The position numbers and the translations under genes are program-made. From Geosiphon pyriformis uo1 (taxonomy: Eukaryota; Fungi; Glomeromycota): DNA of 64,000 nt. This document shows positions 13,801 through 26,236 of the stretch, one piece after another (position 1 is the first letter of the stretch; each line of letters opens with the position of its first letter). The notes beneath the pieces were generated by a model, which saw only the letters and a program-made list of their open reading frames with translations, was not told the origin of the DNA and did not search any database. Where the stretch lies: NCBI GenBank assembly GCA_016748015.1, contig JAAOMT010000303.1, forward strand, positions 806,001 to 870,000, given 5' to 3'.

Positions 13801-16800
13801 TTAAAAGTGCTGCAAGCTGATGAAATTTTATTAGAGAAAATCTTGAATAAAATCTTGTAAGCTGTTTCGATCAAACCAATAGGCTGTGTATTTATTAGAA
13901 CACTCTCTCACTTATATGGTTTGGAAGTCATAGAGACCCAAGCTTCCTTCCAAAAACTGGGGACTAATTCACCAGAAAGACAAGAATTTAAGAACACCAA
14001 AAGCATATTCAGAATAGATCTGTTACAATGTTTCCAAAGCTTATTTAAAATACCCAAGAGACCAACAGCTTTGCCATCAGACAGATTGGAAATTACATCA
14101 AAAAGTTTATCATATTCATTTGAATACATCACACCAGAAAAAGCTTCATTAAAAACATATTTCAAAGATCGATATTGACAAGACCAAACATCAGAGATAT
14201 CAGTAATTACATTATGTTTCCTAGTTCAACCCTCTATAATTACATCCATCTTAGATTTAACTGTATTAGGCTCCAAAATCAACTTGTCATTAACAATTAG
14301 ATGGTCCAGCACCACCTTGCAGAAGGAATGCTCCAGCACACTCCTAATAGTATGACTTTTATTTGTTATAAAGCTTTCTATCTTCTTATCTATAGCAGAC
14401 TTAATGTTTGCTTCATTAGCTCTCAGAGATTTAGCAAGCTTGAATGCACAATATGACTTTTTAATACCATAAAGAACAGAATGGACATGATCAAAGCTTG
14501 CATTAGTGTTTATAAAATCCTAAATAACCAAAGATTTAGCATTGTATAAAGAGTCCTAACACTCCATAAAGGAGACAAAATTGACAATACTCTCTTTATG
14601 AAAAGCTCTAACAATCTTTGAAACCAAAAGCTCTAGTTTATGAAACTTTGAAAAATTTTTAATAAAAACTCCATCAAAACTTTTGAACCATTTTTTTTTA
14701 AAAATCTCACCAGCTGAAAAAGTTATTATCTTGCAAATAATATTCCACATCATGTCCAGATTTGAGAATTCCACAGCAGTAGCAAACTCAACAGAGAACA
14801 TTACAGCATTGGCCAATGTGGCCTTTTTAAAATTGCCCTACTTGTTTTCATCAGCACCTTTGAAATCAAACTTCCAATAATTCTTGTTTGCTTGTTTGCA
14901 AATAAAGTTCAACTGTGTATTCAAAAGTCCACTCAAACCCACAGACACAGAAACAGCCTAATAATCTGTGTCAAAATGCTTACTAATCTTCAAAACATCA
15001 TATTGTACTATAGTATTAACCAGATTCTAAAAAACAAACACATAATCAATCATCTTCATAACATCTTTTGAATTTTTCTAAATATGCTTTTTCACAGCCG
15101 AGCTGTCTACCAAAGAATTAACCAGTCCCAAATCAAGACATTTTTGAAAATTCACACACTTACAAGAACCATTTTCATTGAAATTACCACCAAAAATGAC
15201 AAAAGAAAACTCATTGACAGCCTTTGCAATAATAAAATTAACATCACCAGCTTGAAAGAATCAAACCATGGAAGAAACATCAGTATAGAGCCCCAAAATC
15301 AAAACAGAAAGTTTATTTTTGAAGAGTAATCTGACAAAGAGAAACTGACCAGATATCTTGGAAATTTTACACACATTATAAGCCAGAGAAATGTCCATAA
15401 TAATAGCAACACCAGAACCCAAATAACCAGAGTCCACACTAAAAGTAAAAACACAGACACCAACAAACTTATCAGCAATCTATAGACGAACTTTACCCTT
15501 TAACTTAGTTTCAGTAATGATTAAAATCAAATTGCTTATATTTTTGTGTCAATGAACTATATCTTCCTACTTCACAGAATTGTTCATATCCCGAGCATTG
15601 CATATAGCAATTTTCCAAACCAAACTGATTATTGAGATAAAAAAAGAACCAATAAATTCAAACCAGAACACAGATGATCCAATCTTCCCAAAACCAAATT
15701 AATTGACACCTCTAAAACCACTATTTTTGACTCCAAACCACCCATCTTGGTGGTCAGAACCTTAGAACTACTAGAGCTAAAATCAGCAACCACTTTAAAA
15801 TCAGCAGAGAAAGAAGGAACAGACAACATCAACACATTGTTCAAAACCATATCCAAATTCAAAACAGGAGCTAGAGAAACAGAGACAACTGGAGGAAAAG
15901 CAAAAGAGACAGTATTCAAAGGCACCAACTCCATAAAACTCAACTTTTTCAATAAAACAAAAATCTGCTCCAACAAAAGCTCCAAAGAGCATTCTAAGAC
16001 TGCCAAATAATCACTTAAGCCAGAGGTATCAGTTGAAATAGGAAAAAGAATACCACCCAAACTTGAGCCACTAAGAGGAAAAAAACTAGAACTAGACTTA
16101 AAGTAAGTACTACTAGAAAAATTAGCTAGTGAGACCACTTGGGCCCAAGATTTGCTACTAAAGACAGTAGAATGAGAGATTGAAACATCTTTTTTTTTAT
16201 ACAACTTAGTGAGCTGAAAGCAAACTTCCTCTAAAGCAATCTTTTTATATGATTTCTTAGATAATGGCAGCACAAATATGTTTGAAGTATTACATTCAAG
16301 AGCTAAATGCCTAAAATGTCCACACTTTTCACAATGAACCAAACTTATCTTAGTTCAAGATAGCTTTATTCTACCAAAGATAGGCTCTGTGCAAAAGGCA
16401 AATTCCAGATCATCATCAGAGTTAAAACCAATAACAGCACAATAAATCCTATTACCAGTTTCTATAGATCTGTTTATAATACAGGTTTTCTTACCAGTTC
16501 TTTTTAGAAGAGTCCCAAGATCATGTGCTGTTGTTCTTATTGGCAAAATAAACAAAAGTGCTCTTAACCAATCCCTAGATGCCCAAATTTCACAATTTTT
16601 TACAGCTTTGACTATGTGCACAGAATTTTTTCCAATTAGAAATGATCACTTTGAGACCAACAAATTAGCTTGGTCCAATTCAGCAAACTCCACTACAGCC
16701 TTTTGCCATATCCCAATTAATTGAATTTTGATTGACTTAATTTCCCCAAATTCGAATACTGTAGTAATGATCATATCTTTAAGTGTATTCATGAAAATTT

Positions 16801-17639
16801 TCTTGATTACCACAGCCTGATCTGACCTCATTCTTTGTCTTTTAAGATTGCTGTTTATGTTGATCTTTTTTTCTCTGGCCAATAATATAGCCATTTTTAT
16901 GCTTTTTTCTAAAATAAAGGTAGATTTGATGATCCCTTCAAATTTTAAGAGAGTAGTGGCCTTCCCAAAACCATTGACTAATGAAAAAATTTTTCTAACC
17001 AACTGAGTTTTTGCTGTCACTGATTTCTCTTTCACAGCTGAAAGATTAATATCTAAAGCAAATAATTTTTTGATTGACACTTCTACTGAAGTTTTGATGA
17101 TTTTAAGGTCAATCCACTTTTTGTTAAAAGAGATGGGCAAGCAAAAAGAGAGAACCACTTCATAATCATCTATACTAAAATTGGGAAAACTGAGTGGAAA
17201 GCCAAAAACAGCACCAGTATTAACTTGTTTTGTCTTGAGTGTGGTAGCAGCCAAGCTCAAAAGAGACCCACTATTTGCATTAGACATGCTAACATTTTTA
17301 TTATTATTAAATAAACTTTCTACATTAGAATATATATTATCACTAGACCCAGATTTACTTAAAAAAATATTTTTTTCATTACCAGAGTGTTTAATATTTT
17401 CAAGAATGACCTTCTTCTTCTGAAAAAAAAAACCACCAGCAGAGCCATAAAAAGCACTCTTGAATGCCTTCTTTTTAGACATGATGCTACTTGTAGAAGT
17501 CTCCAAATCCACGAAAAATGGGTTATTATTTGGCAAAAAAATATTGATATAAACTAACAAGAAAAATAAAAACTTCTTTTTCAGAAAATATGCTTTTTGA
17601 GAATTTTTGGAAGTAAGAAAGAAAGAAGTTTTTTTTTTC
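10841..17639 (-). mobile_element. LINE-A: full-length non-LTR retrotransposon (ORF1 CCHC; ORF2 APE-RT-RNase H), pseudogenised
   Basis: Poly(A) at 10841-10848 (minus strand); 11-bp TSD CTTATTATGAT at 10830-10840 and 17640-17650; ORF1 CEKCGHFRHLALEC; RNase H STLAEMQAI...KIKGH...NKHANALA. Inserted into the Gypsy-1 3' LTR. Confidence 0.92.
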
Positions 17640-20600
17640 CTTATTATGATCTCTATTTCTATAAGTAACATTATTCTTTTTTTTAATATTAAGTTTTATT
17701 GAAATCTTTCAAATTTTTTAGCTTTCTTAAATTTTTCTTTTGAATTAATTTTATTATTTCTTTTTCTAAAATTACTTGGGCAATTTTGGTCTCTAATTTT
17801 TTAAATTGGACATTGGTAATTTTTTTCAATTAATTAATAGTTATAGTGTTTATTGTTGAGTGTAACAGTATTTCTAAATGGTTTTGGAATTTTGTTTGTA
17901 ACTGATATATTGTTTATGTTTATGTAAATAGATTATTTTTTCTTACAAATTGTTTTATTTATTATAATATTGTTATATTAAACATCTGTCTTGTTTTATC
18001 TATATACAAGTTCTGAATATTAAGTTTTTGTTTTAAGTGATAATAGCAAAAGTTTCTAAAAAATTGTTGTGTTTATTATTTCTAATTTTTTTTGTTAACT
18101 TTTTATATAATACTATTGTTTTTAGTATTTCTAATAACATTTTTATTTTTATTATTATATATTCTATTATGTTTTTAGACTTTATATGTACTTTATGTTG
18201 TACTTTATATTAGAATTTTGGTTTTTTTTTTGTGTTTTTGTATTGTATGATTTGTTAATTAATTGTAATTTTCATGTTTAGTTTTTGATATTTGATAAAT
18301 TAGAATAATTGTTGGGCTAAAAAGTAAATATTGTCTGTAATTTCTATTTTTTTTATTGTTTTTGTCATGTGTATTGGTTTTTTATATACTGTTTTGGTAA
18401 ATTAATTTGATGTATTTGTGTTAATAATTATAATTGGTTTCAGATCTTATGGAATTTCATCTGATTAAACTAGTATTTGTTATACTCTTAGTTATAGAAT
18501 ATTACTGGTAGATAATAATATTATATTGTAATATGATTTCAGTTAATTATTATGTACTGTTTTAGCTAAGATTTTGTTGTTTTATCTTAACTTATATGCA
18601 CCATTTTTCAGAATTTTTTAATGTGAAATAGATTATTTTATTTGGGGTTAAATTTTTTACTTTATTGTTTTTTTGCTTTAATATAATATAAAAGTACTTT
18701 GTTTCCAATTCTAAATTCGACTGGTTTATCTGGTAGTTGGTTATTATGTTATTTTTTTTGTAACTTTTGTATATTATTAACTGTTTTTTATTTTTTGTTC
18801 TCTAAAGTTTTCATTAAGTCATATGTTTTTTTCAACAATTTTTCTTGAAAGTTAACTTCTATTATAGATTCTGTTGAATAAGTATTAATTTTTATCTTAA
18901 CTGATAATATTGCTGTTTTATTATAGACTAATTCAAATAAAATTACTTGTATAATATTTTGCTTTATTGTTTAATAAGTAAATAATACTAATAGTATAAA
19001 TAAATCTTATTCATTTTGGTTTTTTTGGTTAATCTTGGCTATTGTTTTGTACAATATTTTGTTGAATCTTTTGACTAAGCCATTGGTTTGTAAATAATAT
19101 AAAGATAATAATAGTCTTTTAATTTCAAATCTCTGATTTAATACTGTTAATATTTTATTTACAAAGTAAGTTTTTTGATCTGATAACAATTTTTTTGAAC
19201 ATCTATGTTAATAAATCAAATATTGGTATACAAATTTAGCTATAAATTCTGCATCTGCTCTTTAAATTGTTTTAGTTTTTGGCTATTTTGTAAGATAATT
19301 TATTTTTATTTTTATATATAAATTGTCTTTACTGATTATAGTTAATAGTCTAACTAAATCAATTCTAATTTAATCGAATAGCTGTTCTACTTTAATTGGT
19401 TTTAGTAGTTTGCTGGGTCTTGTTCTTTCTTTTTTTTGACAAACATTATAATTTTAAACATATTAAATAATTTTTAGATACATTAATGATCAATAGTATT
19501 TTTTTTTGATTCTTTCTATAGTTGTTTCTTTATGGAAATGTCCTACAGTTGGATCTGAGTACATGTAAACAATATTGTTTCTTTTTCTAATTCTGTAATT
19601 ACTTTAAGTAATTGGTTTGAATTTTTTCTGTTTTTCTAATATAATATATTTTAATAAGTAATAAAATATTTTGATTGTTGATTTATGTTGGTTTGTTCTT
19701 TTCAAAATAATTTTTTCTTGAACTATTGAGTATTAATATAATATTAGAATTGTTAATATTTTTGTGTATTTATCTTTTGTTATATTTTTGAGTTGAAATG
19801 TTTTTAGATTTGTTTTATTTGTAATAAGCTGTTAGTATTTTCATTTTTTATAGTGTACTATATAATTAAATAGTAAAAGTTCTATTTTTCATCTTACATA
19901 GCAATTGTCTTTGAATTTTTATTTCTGGATTGATATTAATTCTTTGTGATCAATATATACATCAAATTTTTGACTCAAGTATTTTTTCTATTTGATAACA
20001 GCCCAGTAAATAGCTAAGTGTTTTAATACTAAGATGTCATAGTTTTTTTCAGTTGAACTCAAACTTTAATTGGTATATATTACTAGATGTTCTTATTTAT
20101 TCAGTTTTTTATACTAGTATTGTTCTCAATGCTTAACTTGATGTATTAATTATAATAATAAATAGCTTGTTATAATTTAAATAAATTAAAACTAAAGCTT
20201 GAATAAGCTTTTGTCTCAATATATCAAAAGTTTTTTGTTGTTTTTTTATCTATTCATATTTAATGTTTTTGCTTAAAACTAGTATAGTAATTGGGCCAAT
20301 TTGGAAAAGTTTTGAATAAAGCAGCAGTAATATTCAGCAAATCTTAAAAATGTCCTTAATTTGATTAAATTAGTTGGAATTAGAAAGTTTTTAACTATCT
20401 CAATTTTATCTGAATCTGTTTTTATGCTATTTTTGTTTACAACATATTCCAAAAATTTGAGTTTAGTTTTTTCAAAAAAACACTTAATAGTATTCAATTT
20501 TAGTTCTGTTTGTCTTAATTTTTTAAACACTTGTTAGAAATGATAGAAGTAATTATTAAATGTTTTGAAAAATATATTGGTGTTATTTAAAAAGACTACT

Positions 20601-21232
20601 ACTAATTTCTATAGTAATCTAGTATAGACAATTTTCATTAGCCATTAAAAAGTAGCTGGAATATTAATTAAGCCAAAAAGTATAATGTCAAATTTTAAAT
20701 TTTTTTTTTTATGGTAAATGTTATTTTCTTTTTATCAGCTAGATTTATGACTACTTGCCAGTATTTATTGTCTAAATCCAATATAAAAAACTATTTTTTT
20801 TTTTTGAAAGCATTAAATAATTTTTGGATCTATAAAATAAGATAATTGTTTTTATAAGTAATATTGTTAAGTTTTTTATAATCCACACAAAAATAAATCT
20901 TTCCATTTTTTTTTCAGATAAGTACTATCAGTAATAACCATGAACTTATTAATAATTGAATTAATCTATTGTTTAATATATAATTGATTTTTTGACAAAT
21001 AATTTCATAACTGGCAAGTAATATTTAGTATGTTTTTTGCTTAATTGGTATTACATCTTCAGTTTTAATCTAATGCTAGATAATGTCAGTTCTGCTAAAT
21101 TTATTTTTACTTGCAAAAATATCAGTAAAATTGTTAAGTAATAGCTTAAGTTACATATATTAAAATAGGTCTAAGTTTTTCAAGTTTATTTGTTTTAATT
21201 GTTTTGGTTGTAGTAAATAATATTTTTTTCAT

Positions 21233-22126
21233 TGTTATGGTTCAAGAATTTAGCAAAAAAATTATAAAATAATATAAATTATCTAATCATAATATAGCAC
21301 AGTAATAATTCTAATAAGGTAATAATTAACATAGTAGCAAGTACTATTTTATAATAATGGCAAGCACCAACTGGTAAAAGTAGCCAATATTAACTAGTAA
21401 TAGTGGCCAACACCAACTGGTAATAGCGACAAACACCAGGTTGAAATACCAAAAAAAAAGTATTACAATGTGTTTTTTTATAGACTACAAACATGTATAT
21501 ATACAGTAGCTTTAATATTGAGAAAAACAATATCATTTAACAAGTCATAAAACAAATCATAAAACAAGTTATCAAACAATTCATCTAACAGTTCCATTTT
21601 AATTATCTTCTAGTCTTTACTTTTAAAATAAATATCCACAAAAATTTTTAATTAAAAAAAAATAAAAAAGAATATTGAAAACTGAATAATCACAATTCAA
21701 AGTATTAAGAAACTTATTTGTATTATTTATTGAATAAAACTATTATTTATCAGCTGAATTTCTTGAAAAAATAATTTCTAATCAAAATTATTCACATTGT
21801 TACTAATTGATAAAAGCTTTATTGTGAGAATTAAAAAAAACACCAAAGACTATTAATATTCTATGTTTCTAAATTAGAGAAACACATTAGGCAATTGCAA
21901 AAATAGCCTTAAAGAAGACTCCAAACAGCAAGTAGATTTTAGTTCAGCTTCTGAAAAGAAGTACATAAATATACACAACAATCAAAAATTGAGAAATAAC
22001 TTATATCACAACATTAAAAAGAAAGCCTTTAGTATAACAAATAAAATTAAGAAACTCACAAGAGATTGATTACAATTAAAACAGAATATTAGCAATCAAA
22101 TATATTAAGAAAACTATTTCATAATA
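21233..22126 (+). mobile_element. Solo LTR, family 2
   Basis: TGTTATGG...CATAATA termini (decayed TGTTAC/GTAACA); homologous to the reverse complement of 49299-50086; TATA-like TATATATA ~21496; ~21-bp U3 repeats; flanks TCAT/TTGT. Gypsy-1 pol resumes across it. Confidence 0.85.
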
Positions 22127-22658
22127 TTGTTCATAAATGATTTGTAATATAATATTCATATATTTACAAAGTTGTGAAAAATCTGAAATAGTAATTGGTG
22201 TTTGATTCTTAACTTTAGTACTTAAATATCTGATAATGGTTTTTTTTGGTATTTTTATTGAGTTTCTGGTTATTTTGTCTATTAAGTTTTTAATGTGTTT
22301 ATGATTTTTGGCTAGTATATAGAAATTGGTGATGGCAATTTCTTCTAATTTACAAATAGTAAAGTCTACTTTAAAAATTTGAAGTTGATTTTTTACTCAC
22401 TTTTCTATAATTAATATATATTGTTATATGATAAAATAGAAATTAATTAATGGATAGAGATAATTTTTTTTAATTAATTGTTTTTTTTTTTACCATATTG
22501 ACTGGTATTTTTATTTTATCTATAAATATAAATTCTTTTATTCCTTTTGTTGTTATCTTTAACTCTTCTTTTACTTTTATTAATATTAACTAAACTATTT
22601 TTACCAAAAATAAGAATATTGTTTGTACTATCTTTTTATTTAGTTTAATGGTATATAT

Positions 22659-23538
22659 TATTACTTATAGAAAAAAAAAGTAAAAAAAACAGATAGAAGA
22701 ATAGACTAATAAGAGAATAGAACATAATATGTAAGCACAATATTAGAAAATCATAACACATTGCTTAGCAATAGACATATTGTCAATAAATTATGACACA
22801 CTGCTCAACAATAAGCATATTATTAGAAAATTATGGCATATTGGTTAAGAAAATATGAGATTTTGTATAACAAGAATTATGTATATATAGTAAGAGTATT
22901 AGAAACAGAAAAAACAGAATTGATTAAGACAAATTAGTTAGAACTATTAATTATCCAATACTCTTTTTTTCAAAAAGTAGTTTTCTATAACTTAAAGTAA
23001 AATCAAACCACATATTAATAAAATATTAATTATTATTTGAATCTATATTGTTATTATTTGATTAAGCAATATTAATTAATTCTACACTATTAATACTTTA
23101 TGTTAATAAAATTCAATACTTAATCATATTGGACCAATAGCTCTTGATTATAGCTATTAATAAGATATTAATTTTTTATTTTTTTTTTATTTTTTTTATT
23201 TTATTTTGTTTTATTTCTTTGTTGTTTACTAATTGATTAAAGGAATTAAATATTAAGTATTTGACATCAAAAATAACTTGGTAAAAAACCCAAAAATAAG
23301 GGTAAAAATTTAAGAATAGCTTATTAGAAGGGCATAACTGTTAAATTAAATTGGCTATTATGCTAAAGAAAAAAATTCATGGAAGAAACCATCAAATAAA
23401 TTTCTGTCTATTATACAAAAAACTCAATCAAAACGTTCAAACTCCAAAATCTTTAGTAATTACTAACATAATCAACTATTAAATACTATATTATAAATTT
23501 GTTATTTGTTTTAACACCCCAAATAATCATCTGTAATA
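22659..23538 (+). mobile_element. Solo LTR, family 1
   Basis: TATTACTTATAG...CTGTAATA termini. The 3' end matches the reverse complement of 34331-34400 and 38683-38730. Flanks ATAT/GTGT; interrupts the Gypsy-1 dUTPase. Confidence 0.82.
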
Positions 23539-24449
23539 GTGTCTTTTTTAATTTGTTTTATAGTATTGCAATAATATTTTTTATATATTCTGTGTCAATT
23601 ATTTCTTCTTTGATATTAATTTTTTTTTGCTAAACTAAATCTAAATGCTAATTAGACTATTTTTGTCAAAATTTCTAATGCTATTTTTAAATTTATATTG
23701 ATATGTAAATAAGATTCCAATCTAATAACAGTTTTTTCAGAATATCTAAGATTAAATTTTGTATCAGTATATATTTTAACATAATATTTTCATTATTATT
23801 GCTGAACTATTTAAGTTTCTGTTTTTTTAAAAAATTTAAGAGTACAATATATTGTTTGAGATTGTAATTAGAGTTTAAATTATCATTGTTATTGTTGTTT
23901 TTGTAGATAAAGTTAGAACTATTGTTGTCATTATTATTAGAGTTTGAATTGTAATTGAATTTCAATTTTGATTCCAAAATGTATTTACTGATTGGTTTTT
24001 TTTCTTCAGAAATTGAATAGATTATACATAGTAGTAGATTGTAAATGAGATCATAATTATTACAATATTCGAAATCATTGAGAATTAGGCAATGTTTACA
24101 GAATTTTGTATTTAATTGCTTTAAATACTGCTTTTATTTTTTTTAAGTGAATGTTAGATCTTAGTAGTGTTCATAAAATTGTTCTGAATTGTTTATAATA
24201 TTAATAAAAATGTTTGAATTTAGAAAAAAATAGTGTTAACAGGTTTTGGTAAGTTATTTTTAATTGCCAATATTTACTGAATAAAATGTTTTTAACTTTG
24301 ACAATACTTTAAAACTTCTTTCTCTCTTTCGTCCAAAATTTCCGAAAAAGAGTCAAAAGTTTTTTCGAAAGAAGTTTTTTACCATTTAGTACGATAAATT
24401 AAAACTGTTTTTCGATTATGAGGCCACTGTTGGCTCTGTTATTGCTGTT

Positions 24450-26236
24450 ATGAAAAAAACTGCTAAAGTTTCTGGTTCTGAGAGTGGTTTTAAGGCGGTT
24501 GTATCAAGAAAAAAGAGGAAGGAAGGTGCATTGGCAGAGGGTGTTGGTAATAGAGGGATTGCTGTTGAAGTTCCTGGCAGTTGTTCATGAGATTTGGAGA
24601 CTAAGGACACTACTGAGTCTGAAAGTATTGATATGGAAAAAGAGTGTCTGGTAGAGGAAACCAGCTTTAATTATGGTGAAGGTGGAGCTCTGGCTGGTGG
24701 AGATTATGATCAGATGCCCACAAGTTCGAAGGTTAAAACCAAAAAGACTTTGGGCAAGCCATTAGGAAAGATTGACTTCTCAAAAGATGGTAGTAATGAT
24801 GGTGTTCTCTCAGATGCTCCTCTTGAGCTCCTTCCTCCTATGAAAAATTTGGTCAATGTTCCAGTTAGGAAGTCATTTGTGTTGGATATTGGCTTGGATA
24901 AGGTGGCCGGCAAATCTTCTCAGGAAAAGCTTATAGTGGTGAGGAAATTATTTTCTGGTATTAATGGTTTTGGGGGGGCATCTACCCCCTCAAAATTCTC
25001 AGGGATCATCAGAGCGACATTTACTTCCGAATTGGGTCTAATGAAAGCCACTGAAAAGGCTATTGGTGCAAATGTCATGGTAAACACTGATCTTAAGAGA
25101 TCAGCTGGTCACTCAGATCGGGCTGTGGTGTTAAAGAAAATTCCAGTTGGAACATCAGCTGAGGCTGTGCGCACTGTGCTCTCTGAGTTTGGGATAATTA
25201 AGTTGATCAAGATGCAATTGGTGGGGCTGTGGCAGAAGGCTGTGGTAGAATTTGAGCAATCAGAACACGCCGATTTGGTCGCGGCAAAGTGGCAATCTTA
25301 ATCGGAAAGGATGCTGTGTAGGTGGCTAGATCAGATTTGAACAAAGAATCATGGGATGCGAGGGACCAGCATAGGGCACTGCTCTATACTCTGCCAATAG
25401 GTATGACTGCTCATGACATCTGGGATTTTATTGGTTCTGTGGGTGAGAAGACGTGTGTTATTGATTGTCATTCAGTTATGTATGCTAGGGCTAGGTGTGC
25501 TGTTGTCTGTTTTGATTCTGCTGAATCATTGAAGGCCATCATGGGAACCACGCCAGTATTGAGAGGCGCCAATCTAAACTGGTCTTGTCTTGTTTCGGCC
25601 AAGTGTGCCAAGTATGGGAAATCAGGCCATACATCATTGGGCTGTGCAATTGGTGGGAGAGTTTCTTCAGGTTTGTCTTCACGTAGAGTCCTGTCGGACA
25701 CAGATAAAAGCAGATTGGCAGCCATCTATGCTAAGCGATCAGCTCCAGTTGCTTGTCTAGTCTCTTTCGGTAGTCTCTCTTGGGCAAAGGTTGTTAATGG
25801 GTTTTTTTTTCCTTCTCTCTTTGGACGAAATGCTTCAGTGAAATCTGGTTCCTCTTCGGAGTTGGTGCCGTCCCTGCTGGTTTCGATAGAAGTCAATGAT
25901 AGGTTTGCTGCTCTTGAGCGCAGTCTCACCAGCCTTGCAAAGCAGGTGGGTAAGCTGGCTAAGAGGTTGGATGCACTTGGGCCAATGGTTTCTTAGGCGA
26001 GTTCTGGATGTCAGCCGTTGGTGACCCCTTCATCACAGAATCAAGGGGTGGATATAGTAATGAGTGAGGGTTCAGGTGCAGCCACTAGTGGTGAGATTGT
26101 TGCAGGAGCAGTGTCTTTTGATGTATCTTTGGTGTCCAAGTTGGAAGACAGCATAAAGTGTCTAATAGAAACAGTTCTGAGACTTTCAGCCAAAGTGGAC
26201 AGTTTTGGGGCGGGTTCAAATTCTTTTTCTTCTTAA
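24450..26236 (+). pseudogene. LINE-B ORF1 (RRM-like plus zinc knuckle plus coiled coil)
   Basis: ATG 24450; QKAVVEFEQ and CAVVCFDS RRM-like motifs; CAKYGKSGHTSLGC knuckle; RFAALERSLTSL coiled coil; several premature stops and a frameshift. Confidence 0.8.

Noticed and set aside
24304-24385. HDV-like or hammerhead ribozyme at the LINE 5' end
   Set aside because: I could not map P1/P3/P1.1 or the CUGAUGA/GAAA core; only a simple stem-loop is supported.
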